A DNA stretch of 64,000 nucleotides from a virus: positions 34,533 to 98,532 of the IMG/VR virus record IMGVR_UViG_3300023109_002988; one strand, given 5' to 3'. The translations under genes were made by a program, and so were the position numbers. The number at the start of each line of letters is the position of its first letter. The stretch's first letter is position 1. A model generated the notes under the pieces. The model was not told the origin of the DNA. It saw nothing but the letters and a program-made list of their open reading frames with translations, and searched no databases. Shown piece by piece: positions 20,563-29,453 of the stretch.

Positions 20563-21531
20563 ATGGAGTACGATTTTTCAGAACAAGCAAAAACCTTTTT
20601 AGAAAGCCAGTCAGCAAAAAGACCAGGACCAAAAGGTTCGGCTCAAACACCTGCTAAAAAAAGCGAAAAAAAAGAAGGTTCTAGCAAAAACGAGAAGGGT
20701 AGTGCTGGTAAAGATGGTAAAAAAATAACGTTTTCTGATAAAGTTATTTCTGCTTTGCAAACAAAAGTTAAAGAACATAACGAAAAACACTCCAAGAAAG
20801 TTACTCTTGCTCAACTTAAAAAAGTATATCGTAGAGGTGCTGGAGCATTTAGTTCTAGTCACAGACCTGGAATGACTAGGGGTCAATGGGCGATGGCTAG
20901 AGTAAATACTTTTCTGAAAATGGCTAGAGGCGGTAAGGTTAAAAAATCTTACAAAGCTGCTGACAGCGATATTGCAAAAGGTTCTGAAGAATACTATCTT
21001 GAAAAACAAGGTGATGCTTTCTGGGACTTCGAAGAAATTGAATTTCAACTAGCAAAAATTGATCTATTAAAAGCTGGCATTGAAACTTGGGAACAAGACC
21101 AAGAAGCTGAAGAGCTTGAGTTCTCTGAAGCTGAGAAAAAAACCTTGAACAAACCTTTTAGATTAAAGGGTGGCAAAAAAAAGTTCGGAGTATATGTAAA
21201 AAATCCTAAAACTGGCAACGTAGTTATGGTTAAATTTGGTGATCCTAACATGGAAATCAAAAGAGATGATCCTGATCGTCGTCGTAGTTTTAGAGCCAGA
21301 CATAAATGCGATAGCGCAAAAGACAAAACCACACCTCGTTACTGGTCTTGTAAGATGTGGAGCAAAAAGCCTGTTAATAAATCTGTTTCTTCTGAAGCTC
21401 TTGAGTGGGATGACGAAGAAGCTGTTAGCGAGTGGGGTTGGGATGAGTCCTCTGTTATCGAAAACGATGATTATTTTAAAGGCTACGATCATTTAAAAGA
21501 TTGTGAAATAATTGAAAACGATGATGTTTGA
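20563..21531 (+). CDS. Two-domain basic viral protein (DUF5824-like domain plus KFG..RRxSFRARHxC..RYWSC domain)
   Basis: LKKVYRRGAGAFSSSHRPG..QWAMARVNTF and VKFGDPNM..RRRSFRARHKCD..PRYWSCKMW, joined by acidic linkers. Confidence 0.55.
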   Translation: MEYDFSEQAKTFLESQSAKRPGPKGSAQTPAKKSEKKEGSSKNEKGSAGKDGKKITFSDKVISALQTKVKEHNEKHSKKVTLAQLKKVYRRGAGAFSSSHRPGMTRGQWAMARVNTFLKMARGGKVKKSYKAADSDIAKGSEEYYLEKQGDAFWDFEEIEFQLAKIDLLKAGIETWEQDQEAEELEFSEAEKKTLNKPFRLKGGKKKFGVYVKNPKTGNVVMVKFGDPNMEIKRDDPDRRRSFRARHKCDSAKDKTTPRYWSCKMWSKKPVNKSVSSEALEWDDEEAVSEWGWDESSVIENDDYFKGYDHLKDCEIIENDDV

Positions 21532-21539
21532 TTTATGAT
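21512..21539 (+). promoter_or_regulatory. Sigma70-like promoter abutting the start codon (glycan operon)
   Basis: TTGAAA-N16-TATGAT-N5-ATG. Confidence 0.5.
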
Positions 21540-21544
21540 CCTTT

Positions 21545-22297
21545 ATGGATCTAAAACCCAAGATATCATTCTGCATTATCTCTAATGGGAAACGCCCTAG
21601 AGAACTAAGGCTTTCAGTTAAATCTATAGAAAGCAACTTCTATATAAAAGACGACTATGAGATTATCATTGTTGGGGATAACATAGATCAATTTAAAGAT
21701 CTTGACGTTAAACTTGTAGAGGATAATAAGTATAATAAATACCTAGGTGCTAGAAAAAACATAGGTACAAAAAACTCTAATGGAAACATAATAGTTCATT
21801 GCGATGATGATGTTATCTTTACTAAAGACTGGTTCTTCAAGCTGGAAGAATACCACAGTAAAAACCCAGAGTGGGAAGTTCTAGGCAATAAGATATTTCT
21901 TCCAGATGGCGGCAGGTATTATGATAGAGCTATATATTTACCAAGACACAAGATGGTGCCTTACGATTTTGATGAGACTGTTGACCCGCACACATTACTT
22001 TACCAGTGCGGAGCCTTCTCTGTGTGTAAAAGATCACTTCTTGATAAGGTAGAGTGGAGTAATGAGATTCCCTTCTACGGGAAACTAAATGGTTTCGATT
22101 ACAACGAGGACGTAGACTTTTCTGTTAAGCTTAAAGAAGCTGGAATTAGAATAAGCTTTGACGAAAACAATACTGTTTGGCATTATGATCACAGTTACTA
22201 TTACAAAGACTGGTTTGCATACAAAAAGAAACCAGAAGAAATGAACGAAAATAAGTGTCTTGATTTCATAATGCTTTTAAACTTTTTAGATAAATGA
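21545..22297 (+). CDS. Glycosyltransferase family 2
   Basis: ISFCII, EIIIVGD, RKNIG, HCDDDVIF, EDVDFS. Confidence 0.85.
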   Translation: MDLKPKISFCIISNGKRPRELRLSVKSIESNFYIKDDYEIIIVGDNIDQFKDLDVKLVEDNKYNKYLGARKNIGTKNSNGNIIVHCDDDVIFTKDWFFKLEEYHSKNPEWEVLGNKIFLPDGGRYYDRAIYLPRHKMVPYDFDETVDPHTLLYQCGAFSVCKRSLLDKVEWSNEIPFYGKLNGFDYNEDVDFSVKLKEAGIRISFDENNTVWHYDHSYYYKDWFAYKKKPEEMNENKCLDFIMLLNFLDK

Positions 22298-22986
22298 AAG
22301 AAAAACAAAAAATAGGCTTTCTTGTTTTAGCTACCAATAAGTATACAAGATTTATTCCCGACTTAATAAAGGGGGCGGACGAGTTCTTTTTAAGAGATTA
22401 CGAAGTAGAGTACTTTATATTTACTGATGACAAAAGCTTAGATGTTGAGACACAGCGTAAAGTTCACCTCATAAATACAGAACACAAGCCTTGGCCATAT
22501 ATGCCAATGGCCCAGTATGGTATATTTCATTCAAACAAACAATCATTTGAAGATATGGATTATCTTTATTATTGTGATGCTGATATGCGGTTTTGCGATC
22601 ATGTCGGACCAGAAATACTCAGTGACAGAGTAGCCACTCAACACCCAGGTCTTTATGGGAGAAGGGGGACTCCAGAAACAAACCCTAACTCAACTGCTTA
22701 TGTTTCTATGTTTGAAAACATGCAGTATTTTGCTGGTGGATTCAATGGAGGTTCTCACGACGAATATATAAAGATGTGCAAGATATGCTATGAAAACATA
22801 GAGAAAGATTTCGAAAATGACATAACAGCGGTATGGCATGATGAAAGTCATATGAATAGGTATTTCATAGACAACCCTCCTACTAAAATATTGGACCCAG
22901 GATATTGTTATGGAGAGTCTTTGCGCCCACCATTTAAACCTAGGTTAATAGCCCTAGATAAAGACCACAAAGAAATAAGATCCTAA
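22294..22986 (+). CDS. Glycosyltransferase family 6 (ABO/alpha-1,3-Gal(NAc)-transferase-like)
   Basis: IGFLVLATNKY..YFIFTD, WP, CDADM (DxD), HPG, YFAGGFNGG, WHDESHMNRY. Confidence 0.9.
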   Translation: MKEKQKIGFLVLATNKYTRFIPDLIKGADEFFLRDYEVEYFIFTDDKSLDVETQRKVHLINTEHKPWPYMPMAQYGIFHSNKQSFEDMDYLYYCDADMRFCDHVGPEILSDRVATQHPGLYGRRGTPETNPNSTAYVSMFENMQYFAGGFNGGSHDEYIKMCKICYENIEKDFENDITAVWHDESHMNRYFIDNPPTKILDPGYCYGESLRPPFKPRLIALDKDHKEIRS

Positions 22987-22987
22987 A

Positions 22988-23638
22988 ATGATTTCTATAT
23001 TATTGGCTGTTCATAATGGAGAAAAATATCTCCGTCAAAGTATTGATTCTGTAATTTCCCAGACATCTAAATCTTGGGAGCTGCTAATAGGTTTCAATGG
23101 TACGTCGGACTCATCTAAAAATATAGCAAAAGAATATAATGAACCAAGAATAAAATTGTTTGATTATGGAAAAGACAAAGGAAAAGCCAAAACATTAAAC
23201 AAATTAATAAAAGAAGCTAAATATGATTGGTGTGCAATTCAAGATGACGATGATTTATGGGAAAAACAAAAACTCGAAAAACAAATAAAACACAAAAAAG
23301 ATTACGATGTAATAGGTTCCTTTATAAAGTATATAGATGAAAAAGGTTTTATCATAGGAGGTCCAAATCTAGCGTCTAACCACGAAGACATAAAAGCAAG
23401 AAGTCTCTCAGGGGTAAATCAAGTAGCAAATTTAAGTGCAATATTTAAGAAATCTGCAGTATATTCAATTGGTGGTTGGGACGAAAATATAGATGGAATA
23501 GAAGATTACGACTTGTGGTTAAGACTTCTCAGGTGCAATTATAAATTTTTTAATGTACCAGAGTATTTATGTTTTCACAGGCTCCACAAAGAAAGTAATT
23601 TCAATACAAAAAAACAAGATGTAAGTAAAATATTATAA
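22988..23638 (+). CDS. Glycosyltransferase family 2
   Basis: ISILLAVHNGEKYL..SIDSV, QDDDDLW..KLEKQ, EDYDLWLR. Confidence 0.9.
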   Translation: MISILLAVHNGEKYLRQSIDSVISQTSKSWELLIGFNGTSDSSKNIAKEYNEPRIKLFDYGKDKGKAKTLNKLIKEAKYDWCAIQDDDDLWEKQKLEKQIKHKKDYDVIGSFIKYIDEKGFIIGGPNLASNHEDIKARSLSGVNQVANLSAIFKKSAVYSIGGWDENIDGIEDYDLWLRLLRCNYKFFNVPEYLCFHRLHKESNFNTKKQDVSKIL

Positions 23639-23643
23639 AAACA

Positions 23644-24336
23644 ATGATAACAATATGCATAACAACATTTAATAGGTGCGAAAGGACCATTAAATCATTT
23701 ATTTCTGTGGTTGATGATCCAAGAGTGTCAGAAATAGTTATTTGTGACGACTGCTCTGAAGATTTGATTTTCAAAAAACTAAAGCAGAAAATAGAAACGA
23801 TAAATAATGCTAAAATAAAACTTTTCAGAAACAAGGAGAACAAAGGGGCTTTTTTAAATAAGGTAGAATCAATAAAAAAATGTTCTAACGATTGGGTTGC
23901 ATTAATTGATTCTGATAATGAAATTGACATATCATATATAGATAACCTCCCAGAAAAGAAAGACAACAAAACTTTCTACTTTCCCTCTATAGCTGTTTGC
24001 TCTAGCCCCTATTTGAACTTCAGTGAATACGCTGGTATTTTTTTAGATAAAGATGCTTTTTGTCGTATTATAGATGGAGCTTTGGCAAATACTGGTAACT
24101 ATTTCTTTAATAGAAACACCTACTTAAAAGCTATAGAAAAAGAAAACAATTTAATAAACCCTTACGGCTTGTGTTCAGCTTACCCAGTTTGGTTGTGCTA
24201 TAAATACATAGAAAAATTTAAAGTTAAAGTTGTAGAAGGATTACATTATAAACATGGCTTAGGCAAAGATAGTTGGTACTTAGCAAATCAAAACAAGTCA
24301 CTCGGATTAATTAATTTCTTCAGAAGAAACATATAA
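23644..24336 (+). CDS. Glycosyltransferase family 2
   Basis: ITICITTFNR, EIVICDDCSED, NKG, LIDSDN. Confidence 0.85.
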   Translation: MITICITTFNRCERTIKSFISVVDDPRVSEIVICDDCSEDLIFKKLKQKIETINNAKIKLFRNKENKGAFLNKVESIKKCSNDWVALIDSDNEIDISYIDNLPEKKDNKTFYFPSIAVCSSPYLNFSEYAGIFLDKDAFCRIIDGALANTGNYFFNRNTYLKAIEKENNLINPYGLCSAYPVWLCYKYIEKFKVKVVEGLHYKHGLGKDSWYLANQNKSLGLINFFRRNI

Positions 24337-24340
24337 AATA

Positions 24341-24910
24341 ATGGCATACGGGAAAGAAAAAAAAACACACCTAGGTGGTTATATTATAAATATAACAGAT
24401 CACGGAGATCCTAATAGTTATGCTACCGAAGTCTGGGATGAAATGATCAGCGCTGGTATCAAATCTGTTTTAGATATAGGTTGTGGAGAAGGTCACTCCA
24501 CTAAATATTTTTTAAACAAAGGAATAAAGTGCATTGGCGTCGAAGGCGGAGAAATAGCGTATAACAACTCTCCAGTTAAAAACAATTTAGTTCTACACGA
24601 TTATACAGAAGGTCCTTTTGTGCCTATCGATAAATTTGATGCGGCTTGGTGTTGTGAATTTGTTGAACATGTAGATGAAAAATACTGTCAAAACTTTTTA
24701 GATAGCTTTTCCAAATGCGATTTCATATTTATGACACACGCAAACATTGGTCAAGAAGGCTATCATCATGTTAATTGTCAAAACTCTGAATATTGGATCG
24801 AAAAAATCGAAAAGATCGGGTTTCGTTTTTCTCCTGAAATGACAAATCACTATAAAAACTTTTCTCCACAATGTATGCATCTAAAAAACCTAATTGTATT
24901 TAAAAAATGA
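24341..24910 (+). CDS. SAM-dependent methyltransferase
   Basis: SVLDIGCGEG, WCCEFVEHV, GQEGYHHVNCQ..YW. Confidence 0.85.
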   Translation: MAYGKEKKTHLGGYIINITDHGDPNSYATEVWDEMISAGIKSVLDIGCGEGHSTKYFLNKGIKCIGVEGGEIAYNNSPVKNNLVLHDYTEGPFVPIDKFDAAWCCEFVEHVDEKYCQNFLDSFSKCDFIFMTHANIGQEGYHHVNCQNSEYWIEKIEKIGFRFSPEMTNHYKNFSPQCMHLKNLIVFKK

Positions 24911-25419
24911 ATTTAGATACCGAAAGAATGACTGGCTTTGGTGCTTATAGCGTTGATGGATATGATGTGAATTATTTATTCGGTCTTCGGGATTTATGTG
25001 AAGATTTTCTATCTAATGAAAGTCATGTATTAGAGTTGGGTTGTAATGACGGAGTCAGTACAAGATTATTTTCTGAGTATGCCAATGAAGTTACAGCTGT
25101 TGACATCAACTTGACAAAAAAGTTCAAATCACTTTTAAATGATTCTGTTAATGTAAAATTTCACCATTTAGACTTCGATTTATTTTTTAAAAAAAATACC
25201 AATAAATATGATTTAATATATATAGACGGACCACATGATTACTCTTCAGTAAAAAGCCATATAGAAGATTGTAAAAAGATCATAAAAAAACACGGGGTGA
25301 TATGTGGTCACGATTACCACTCTAAAGTTGGTGTGATTGAAGCCGTTAACGAATCTTTTGGTAAAGAAAACATTAAAATTTACTCAGATAGTTCTTGGGC
25401 GGTAACGAATATAGTATGA
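24907..25419 (+). CDS. Class I SAM methyltransferase (Methyltransf_24-like)
   Basis: VLELGCNDGVST, DLIYIDGPHDY, GVICGHDY. Confidence 0.85.
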   Translation: MNLDTERMTGFGAYSVDGYDVNYLFGLRDLCEDFLSNESHVLELGCNDGVSTRLFSEYANEVTAVDINLTKKFKSLLNDSVNVKFHHLDFDLFFKKNTNKYDLIYIDGPHDYSSVKSHIEDCKKIIKKHGVICGHDYHSKVGVIEAVNESFGKENIKIYSDSSWAVTNIV

Positions 25420-26186
25420 TAATTATTAAAATACATGGTGGTTTGTGTAACCAGCTTTTTCAGTGGGCTTATGGATATGCTTTATCAAAAGAGCATGAGG
25501 TTTATTTTGACACATCGTTTTTTAATAGTCAAGATATAATGTCTTCGGTATCTATCCGTGATTATGAATTACCCAATATAATCAACAGAGAAATACCAAT
25601 AGTTACAAAAGAAATCTTTGAGGATTTTTCATCTAAGAGCGTACAAATGGTTCTTGATAACTTTTACTACTCAAATATAAAATTCGAAAAAAATAAAAAT
25701 TATTATTTAAATGGATATTGGCAGTCGGATTTGTTTTTTAACAATGTGAAGCAGGAGATTGTTGATTCGTTTAAATTTCCAGAAGTTGAACATTTTGATT
25801 TTAAATACTCATGTTCAATACATATAAGAAGAGGGGATTATTTAAAGCTTAAAGGAATACATACACATCAGACTTTAGATTATTATGAGCAAGCTCTTGA
25901 TGTTATAAAACCTAAGGGTAAAGTGTTTGTTTTTTCTGATGATATAGAATGGTGTGAGAAAAATCTAAACTTCGAAAACCAGGTATTTATGAAAGGTAAT
26001 TCTAACGTTAAAGATCTTAGACTCATGAGTTTGTGTTCTAACAATATAATGGCTAACAGTAGCTTTAGTTGGTGGGGAGCTTATTTAAACAATAATCCAA
26101 ACAAAATTGTTGTCTGTCCTAAAAATTGGTTTGGTAACAATACCAATGACTCCGATATCAAAATGAAAGATTGGCTGGAAATATAG
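25416..26186 (+). CDS. Alpha-1,2-fucosyltransferase (GT11)
   Basis: GGLCNQLFQWA, GYWQS, SIHIRRGDY, VFSDDIEWC, MANSSFSWWGAYL. ATG 25416 overlaps the upstream stop. Confidence 0.92.
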   Translation: MIIIKIHGGLCNQLFQWAYGYALSKEHEVYFDTSFFNSQDIMSSVSIRDYELPNIINREIPIVTKEIFEDFSSKSVQMVLDNFYYSNIKFEKNKNYYLNGYWQSDLFFNNVKQEIVDSFKFPEVEHFDFKYSCSIHIRRGDYLKLKGIHTHQTLDYYEQALDVIKPKGKVFVFSDDIEWCEKNLNFENQVFMKGNSNVKDLRLMSLCSNNIMANSSFSWWGAYLNNNPNKIVVCPKNWFGNNTNDSDIKMKDWLEI

Positions 26187-26211
26187 ATGATTTGTTTTAT
26201 TATATTTTGAT

Positions 26212-27240
26212 ATGAGTAAAGTAATTATAACAGGAGTAACGGGACAAGATGGTAGCCACATGGTTGATTATTTATTGGCTAATACTGACATTGATGTAAT
26301 TGCTGGTGTTCGTAGGCTTTCGGTTAAAAATCACGAAAACATTAAACACTTGTCAGACAACTCGCGGTTTAAATTGATCGATCTTGATATCACAGACCAG
26401 TCAAATGTAGATCGTGTTATAGCTAAAGAAAAACCAGACTTCTTTATTAACTTTGCTGCCAATTCATTCGTAGGAGTTAGTTGGGATATGCCAGAAAACC
26501 ACATGAATACAAATTGCATGGCGGTTCTTTATCAATTGGAAGCTATACGCAAGCACTGTCCAGATTGCCGTTATTACAATGCTGGTTCATCCGAAGAGTT
26601 TGGTAACGTAGTTACTGTCCCACAGGACGAGACTCACCCACTGCGCCCTAGAAGCCCTTACGGAGCATCTAAAGCTGCTGCAAGACATCTAGTTAAAGTT
26701 TGGCGTGAAAGTTACAATTTATACGCTATTCAAGGTTGGCTATTTAATCACGAAGGAACAAGAAGGGGTGAGGAATTTCTTACCCGCAAAGTCACTAAAG
26801 GCGTCGCCAAAATTGTACAGCAGATCAGAGAGGGTAAAACGCCCACACCCATTGAGCTTGGCAATCTAGAAGCAAAAAGAGATTGGTCAGATGCAGAGGA
26901 TTTTGTGGATGGCATTTGGTTGATGCTTAACCAAGAAGAGCCGAAAGAATATGTATTAGCCTCTGGTGAGACATATACTATTCGTGAGTTCGTAGAGGCC
27001 GCTTTTGGCTTTGCTGGGTTTGGTGCAGAAGAGTGTCATTGGGATGGTCAAGGTGTTGACCAAAAATATATTCACGGAGATCAAGTGCTTGTAACAATTA
27101 ATCCAAAATACTATCGACCAGCTGAAGTTAACTTATTGCTTGGTGATCCTAGTCTTGCAGAAAAGGAAATGGGTTGGGTAAGAAAAACCGACTTTTATGG
27201 CTTAGTAAAAAAGATGGTTGACAAAGATATTAATCTTTGA
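26212..27240 (+). CDS. gmd: GDP-mannose 4,6-dehydratase
   Basis: ITGVTGQDGS, SSEEFG, PRSPYGASK, LFNHE, GNLEAKRDW, YRPAEV..LLGD. Confidence 0.95.
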   Translation: MSKVIITGVTGQDGSHMVDYLLANTDIDVIAGVRRLSVKNHENIKHLSDNSRFKLIDLDITDQSNVDRVIAKEKPDFFINFAANSFVGVSWDMPENHMNTNCMAVLYQLEAIRKHCPDCRYYNAGSSEEFGNVVTVPQDETHPLRPRSPYGASKAAARHLVKVWRESYNLYAIQGWLFNHEGTRRGEEFLTRKVTKGVAKIVQQIREGKTPTPIELGNLEAKRDWSDAEDFVDGIWLMLNQEEPKEYVLASGETYTIREFVEAAFGFAGFGAEECHWDGQGVDQKYIHGDQVLVTINPKYYRPAEVNLLLGDPSLAEKEMGWVRKTDFYGLVKKMVDKDINL

Positions 27241-27246
27241 TACTAT
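27218..27246 (+). promoter_or_regulatory. Sigma70-like promoter, leaderless geometry
   Basis: TTGACA-N17-TACTAT-N6-ATG. Confidence 0.75.
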
Positions 27247-27252
27247 CAACCT

Positions 27253-27711
27253 ATGCCCAGAGGAAAGAAACAATGTCCCGAATGCTCTTTGGAGTTTGGG
27301 GCAAGAAAATCCGTGTGCGATTGCGGCTACATATTTTCTAAGGCGGTTAAGAAAACCCCTAAAATCAAAACAGAGAAGAAAATAAACAAGCGCGAAATAC
27401 TTTTTCGCCTTGTCGAAAAACCCAAGGAAAACAAAAGGTTTTTCTTCATGAGGGAAATGAAATTTCTCAACGACCTTAGTAGTCGTTATTCTCTTGAGTT
27501 TCTTGGTGTTGTCACTTTTCCTAAAAAGTTTAAGTCCCTAGCTTACTTGGTTAGCCCTAAACTAAAGGGTACCATGGATATAAAATGGAGAGCTTTCAAT
27601 TACAAGGTTGACAAAAGTAAATATGAAGAGTACAATATAGGAGAAAAGATTGGACAAGATATAAACATACCTAGGCAAATTAAAACAACAAAAGATTTTT
27701 TAAATGAGTGA
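27253..27711 (+). CDS. Hypothetical protein with N-terminal zinc ribbon
   Basis: CPEC..CDCG. Confidence 0.6.
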   Translation: MPRGKKQCPECSLEFGARKSVCDCGYIFSKAVKKTPKIKTEKKINKREILFRLVEKPKENKRFFFMREMKFLNDLSSRYSLEFLGVVTFPKKFKSLAYLVSPKLKGTMDIKWRAFNYKVDKSKYEEYNIGEKIGQDINIPRQIKTTKDFLNE

Positions 27712-28822
27712 TACAACAAATTCAAGCAACCTATTGGAAAGCTTTCTGAAAGCTAATAAACAAGATCATTACAATTTCGAAGAAGAAATTGATTATAAAA
27801 TATCAAGCGGATCACTTCAATTTGATCTGCACCTTGGAGGAGGTTTTGGTCCTGGACTGCACCGATTCTGTGGAATGAATGAAGGCGGAAAAACCTCCGA
27901 AGCTTTAGAGGTTACTAAAAACTTTCTATTAACACTTCCTAATTCCAAGGGTGTTTATTTTAAAGCTGAAGGTCGACTTTCTCCAGAAATGAAAAAAAGA
28001 TCTGGTGTTAAGTTTGTAACTAAAACTGAAGATTGGGTCGAAGGCACTTGCTTTGTATTTGAATCAAACATTTACGAAACAGTCGTAGATCTAATGAGGC
28101 AATTGGTCTCAAACAACGATGAAAAAACCAAGTATTGTTTCCTCCTTGATTCTGTAGATGGTCTCATCCTAAGGAACGATGTAGACAAATCTTTTGAGGA
28201 TTCATCGAAGGTCGCTGGTGGCGCTGTTGTAGCGGGTACATTTATGAAGAAGATGTCAATTGCTCTAGCTAAAAGAGGACACATGGCAATATTTATATCG
28301 CAAGTCAGGGCTGACATTAAGTTGGATCCTTACAGTAAAGTTCCTATTAGACAAACAAGTGCAACTGGAGGTAATGCACTTCTTCACTTTGCTAATTGGA
28401 TTATTGAGTTTGAGGCTAGATATAATAAAGACATGATTCTTAAGAACCCATCCATTAAGAAAATGGACGCTCAAAAGAATCCAGCAGTTGGTCATTATGC
28501 AAGTGTAACAATTAAAAAGTCTCCTAATGAAAAAACCAATACAAGACTAACATATCCTGTTCGTTACGGCAGGACAGCTGGAACATCTATTTGGATCGAG
28601 AAAGAAATAGTTGACCTGTTATTTGCTTGGGAATTTCTAGTTAAAAAAGGTTCGTGGATTAAGACTACGGAAGACTTCGTGGAACTTCTTTCTGAGAATA
28701 GTCTTGAGTTCCCAGAAAAAATCCAGGGCGAATCTAATGTATTTAAAGCTATTGAGAATGATGGTGATCTCTCTGCTTTTCTTGTTGACTACTTCAAAAA
28801 AGCTATAGGTGAATTAACATGA
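27704..28822 (+). CDS. RecA/UvsX-like recombinase
   Basis: SSGSLQFDLHLGGG, GMNEGGKT, LLDSV, FISQVR, TGGNALLH. Confidence 0.88.
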   Translation: MSDTTNSSNLLESFLKANKQDHYNFEEEIDYKISSGSLQFDLHLGGGFGPGLHRFCGMNEGGKTSEALEVTKNFLLTLPNSKGVYFKAEGRLSPEMKKRSGVKFVTKTEDWVEGTCFVFESNIYETVVDLMRQLVSNNDEKTKYCFLLDSVDGLILRNDVDKSFEDSSKVAGGAVVAGTFMKKMSIALAKRGHMAIFISQVRADIKLDPYSKVPIRQTSATGGNALLHFANWIIEFEARYNKDMILKNPSIKKMDAQKNPAVGHYASVTIKKSPNEKTNTRLTYPVRYGRTAGTSIWIEKEIVDLLFAWEFLVKKGSWIKTTEDFVELLSENSLEFPEKIQGESNVFKAIENDGDLSAFLVDYFKKAIGELT

Positions 28823-29226
28823 AATTTTTAGATCCCCTAGGAAAAGAAAGAAATTTAAAGGGAGCTAAAAAATATTTAATAAACTGGGAGGAAAAAAGCC
28901 GAAGTAAGTTTCAAAAAAATGTTAAAGATTTCTTAAAAGACTACTGGTCTAACGACATAGTCTTTGAAGAATTTAGAATTGTTGGAACAAGGTTATCCTT
29001 GGACTTCTATAACGCCAATAAAAAAATAGCGGTAGAAGTCCAAGGTGATCAGCATGTTAGATATGTAAAGCACTTTCATAAAAACAGGCTGAAATATTTA
29101 GAACAATTAAAGAGAGATCAAAAGAAGCTTGACTTTTGTCAGATGAATGATATAAAGTTGGTAGAGGTCTATACCACAGATGAGATAAACGCATCTTTAT
29201 TTAAAGATCAAGATATATATTTATGA
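28819..29226 (+). CDS. Vsr/DUF559-like endonuclease
   Basis: FEEF..LDFY..IAVEVQGDQH..RDQKK..C..NDIKLVEV. Confidence 0.7.
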   Translation: MKFLDPLGKERNLKGAKKYLINWEEKSRSKFQKNVKDFLKDYWSNDIVFEEFRIVGTRLSLDFYNANKKIAVEVQGDQHVRYVKHFHKNRLKYLEQLKRDQKKLDFCQMNDIKLVEVYTTDEINASLFKDQDIYL

Positions 29227-29453
29227 ATGTTGAAGACAATATAGAATTTGCGATACCAGAAAACTTTTTAGATAAGCTTTATGAGTTGACAGGTTCTGCT
29301 GACAAGTACAAGGGTTTTATCCTTGTTTATTCTGACGAGAAGGGGAATCCTATTATTTTTAATAAATGTGAATCTCACCTAATTGAGATGGGGCTTATTA
29401 GAACTGTCGAGTCTTACCTACAAGAACCAAAAACAAACAAACATGATTTATAA
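29223..29453 (+). CDS. Hypothetical protein
   Basis: Overlapping start/stop within the operon. Confidence 0.6.
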   Translation: MNVEDNIEFAIPENFLDKLYELTGSADKYKGFILVYSDEKGNPIIFNKCESHLIEMGLIRTVESYLQEPKTNKHDL

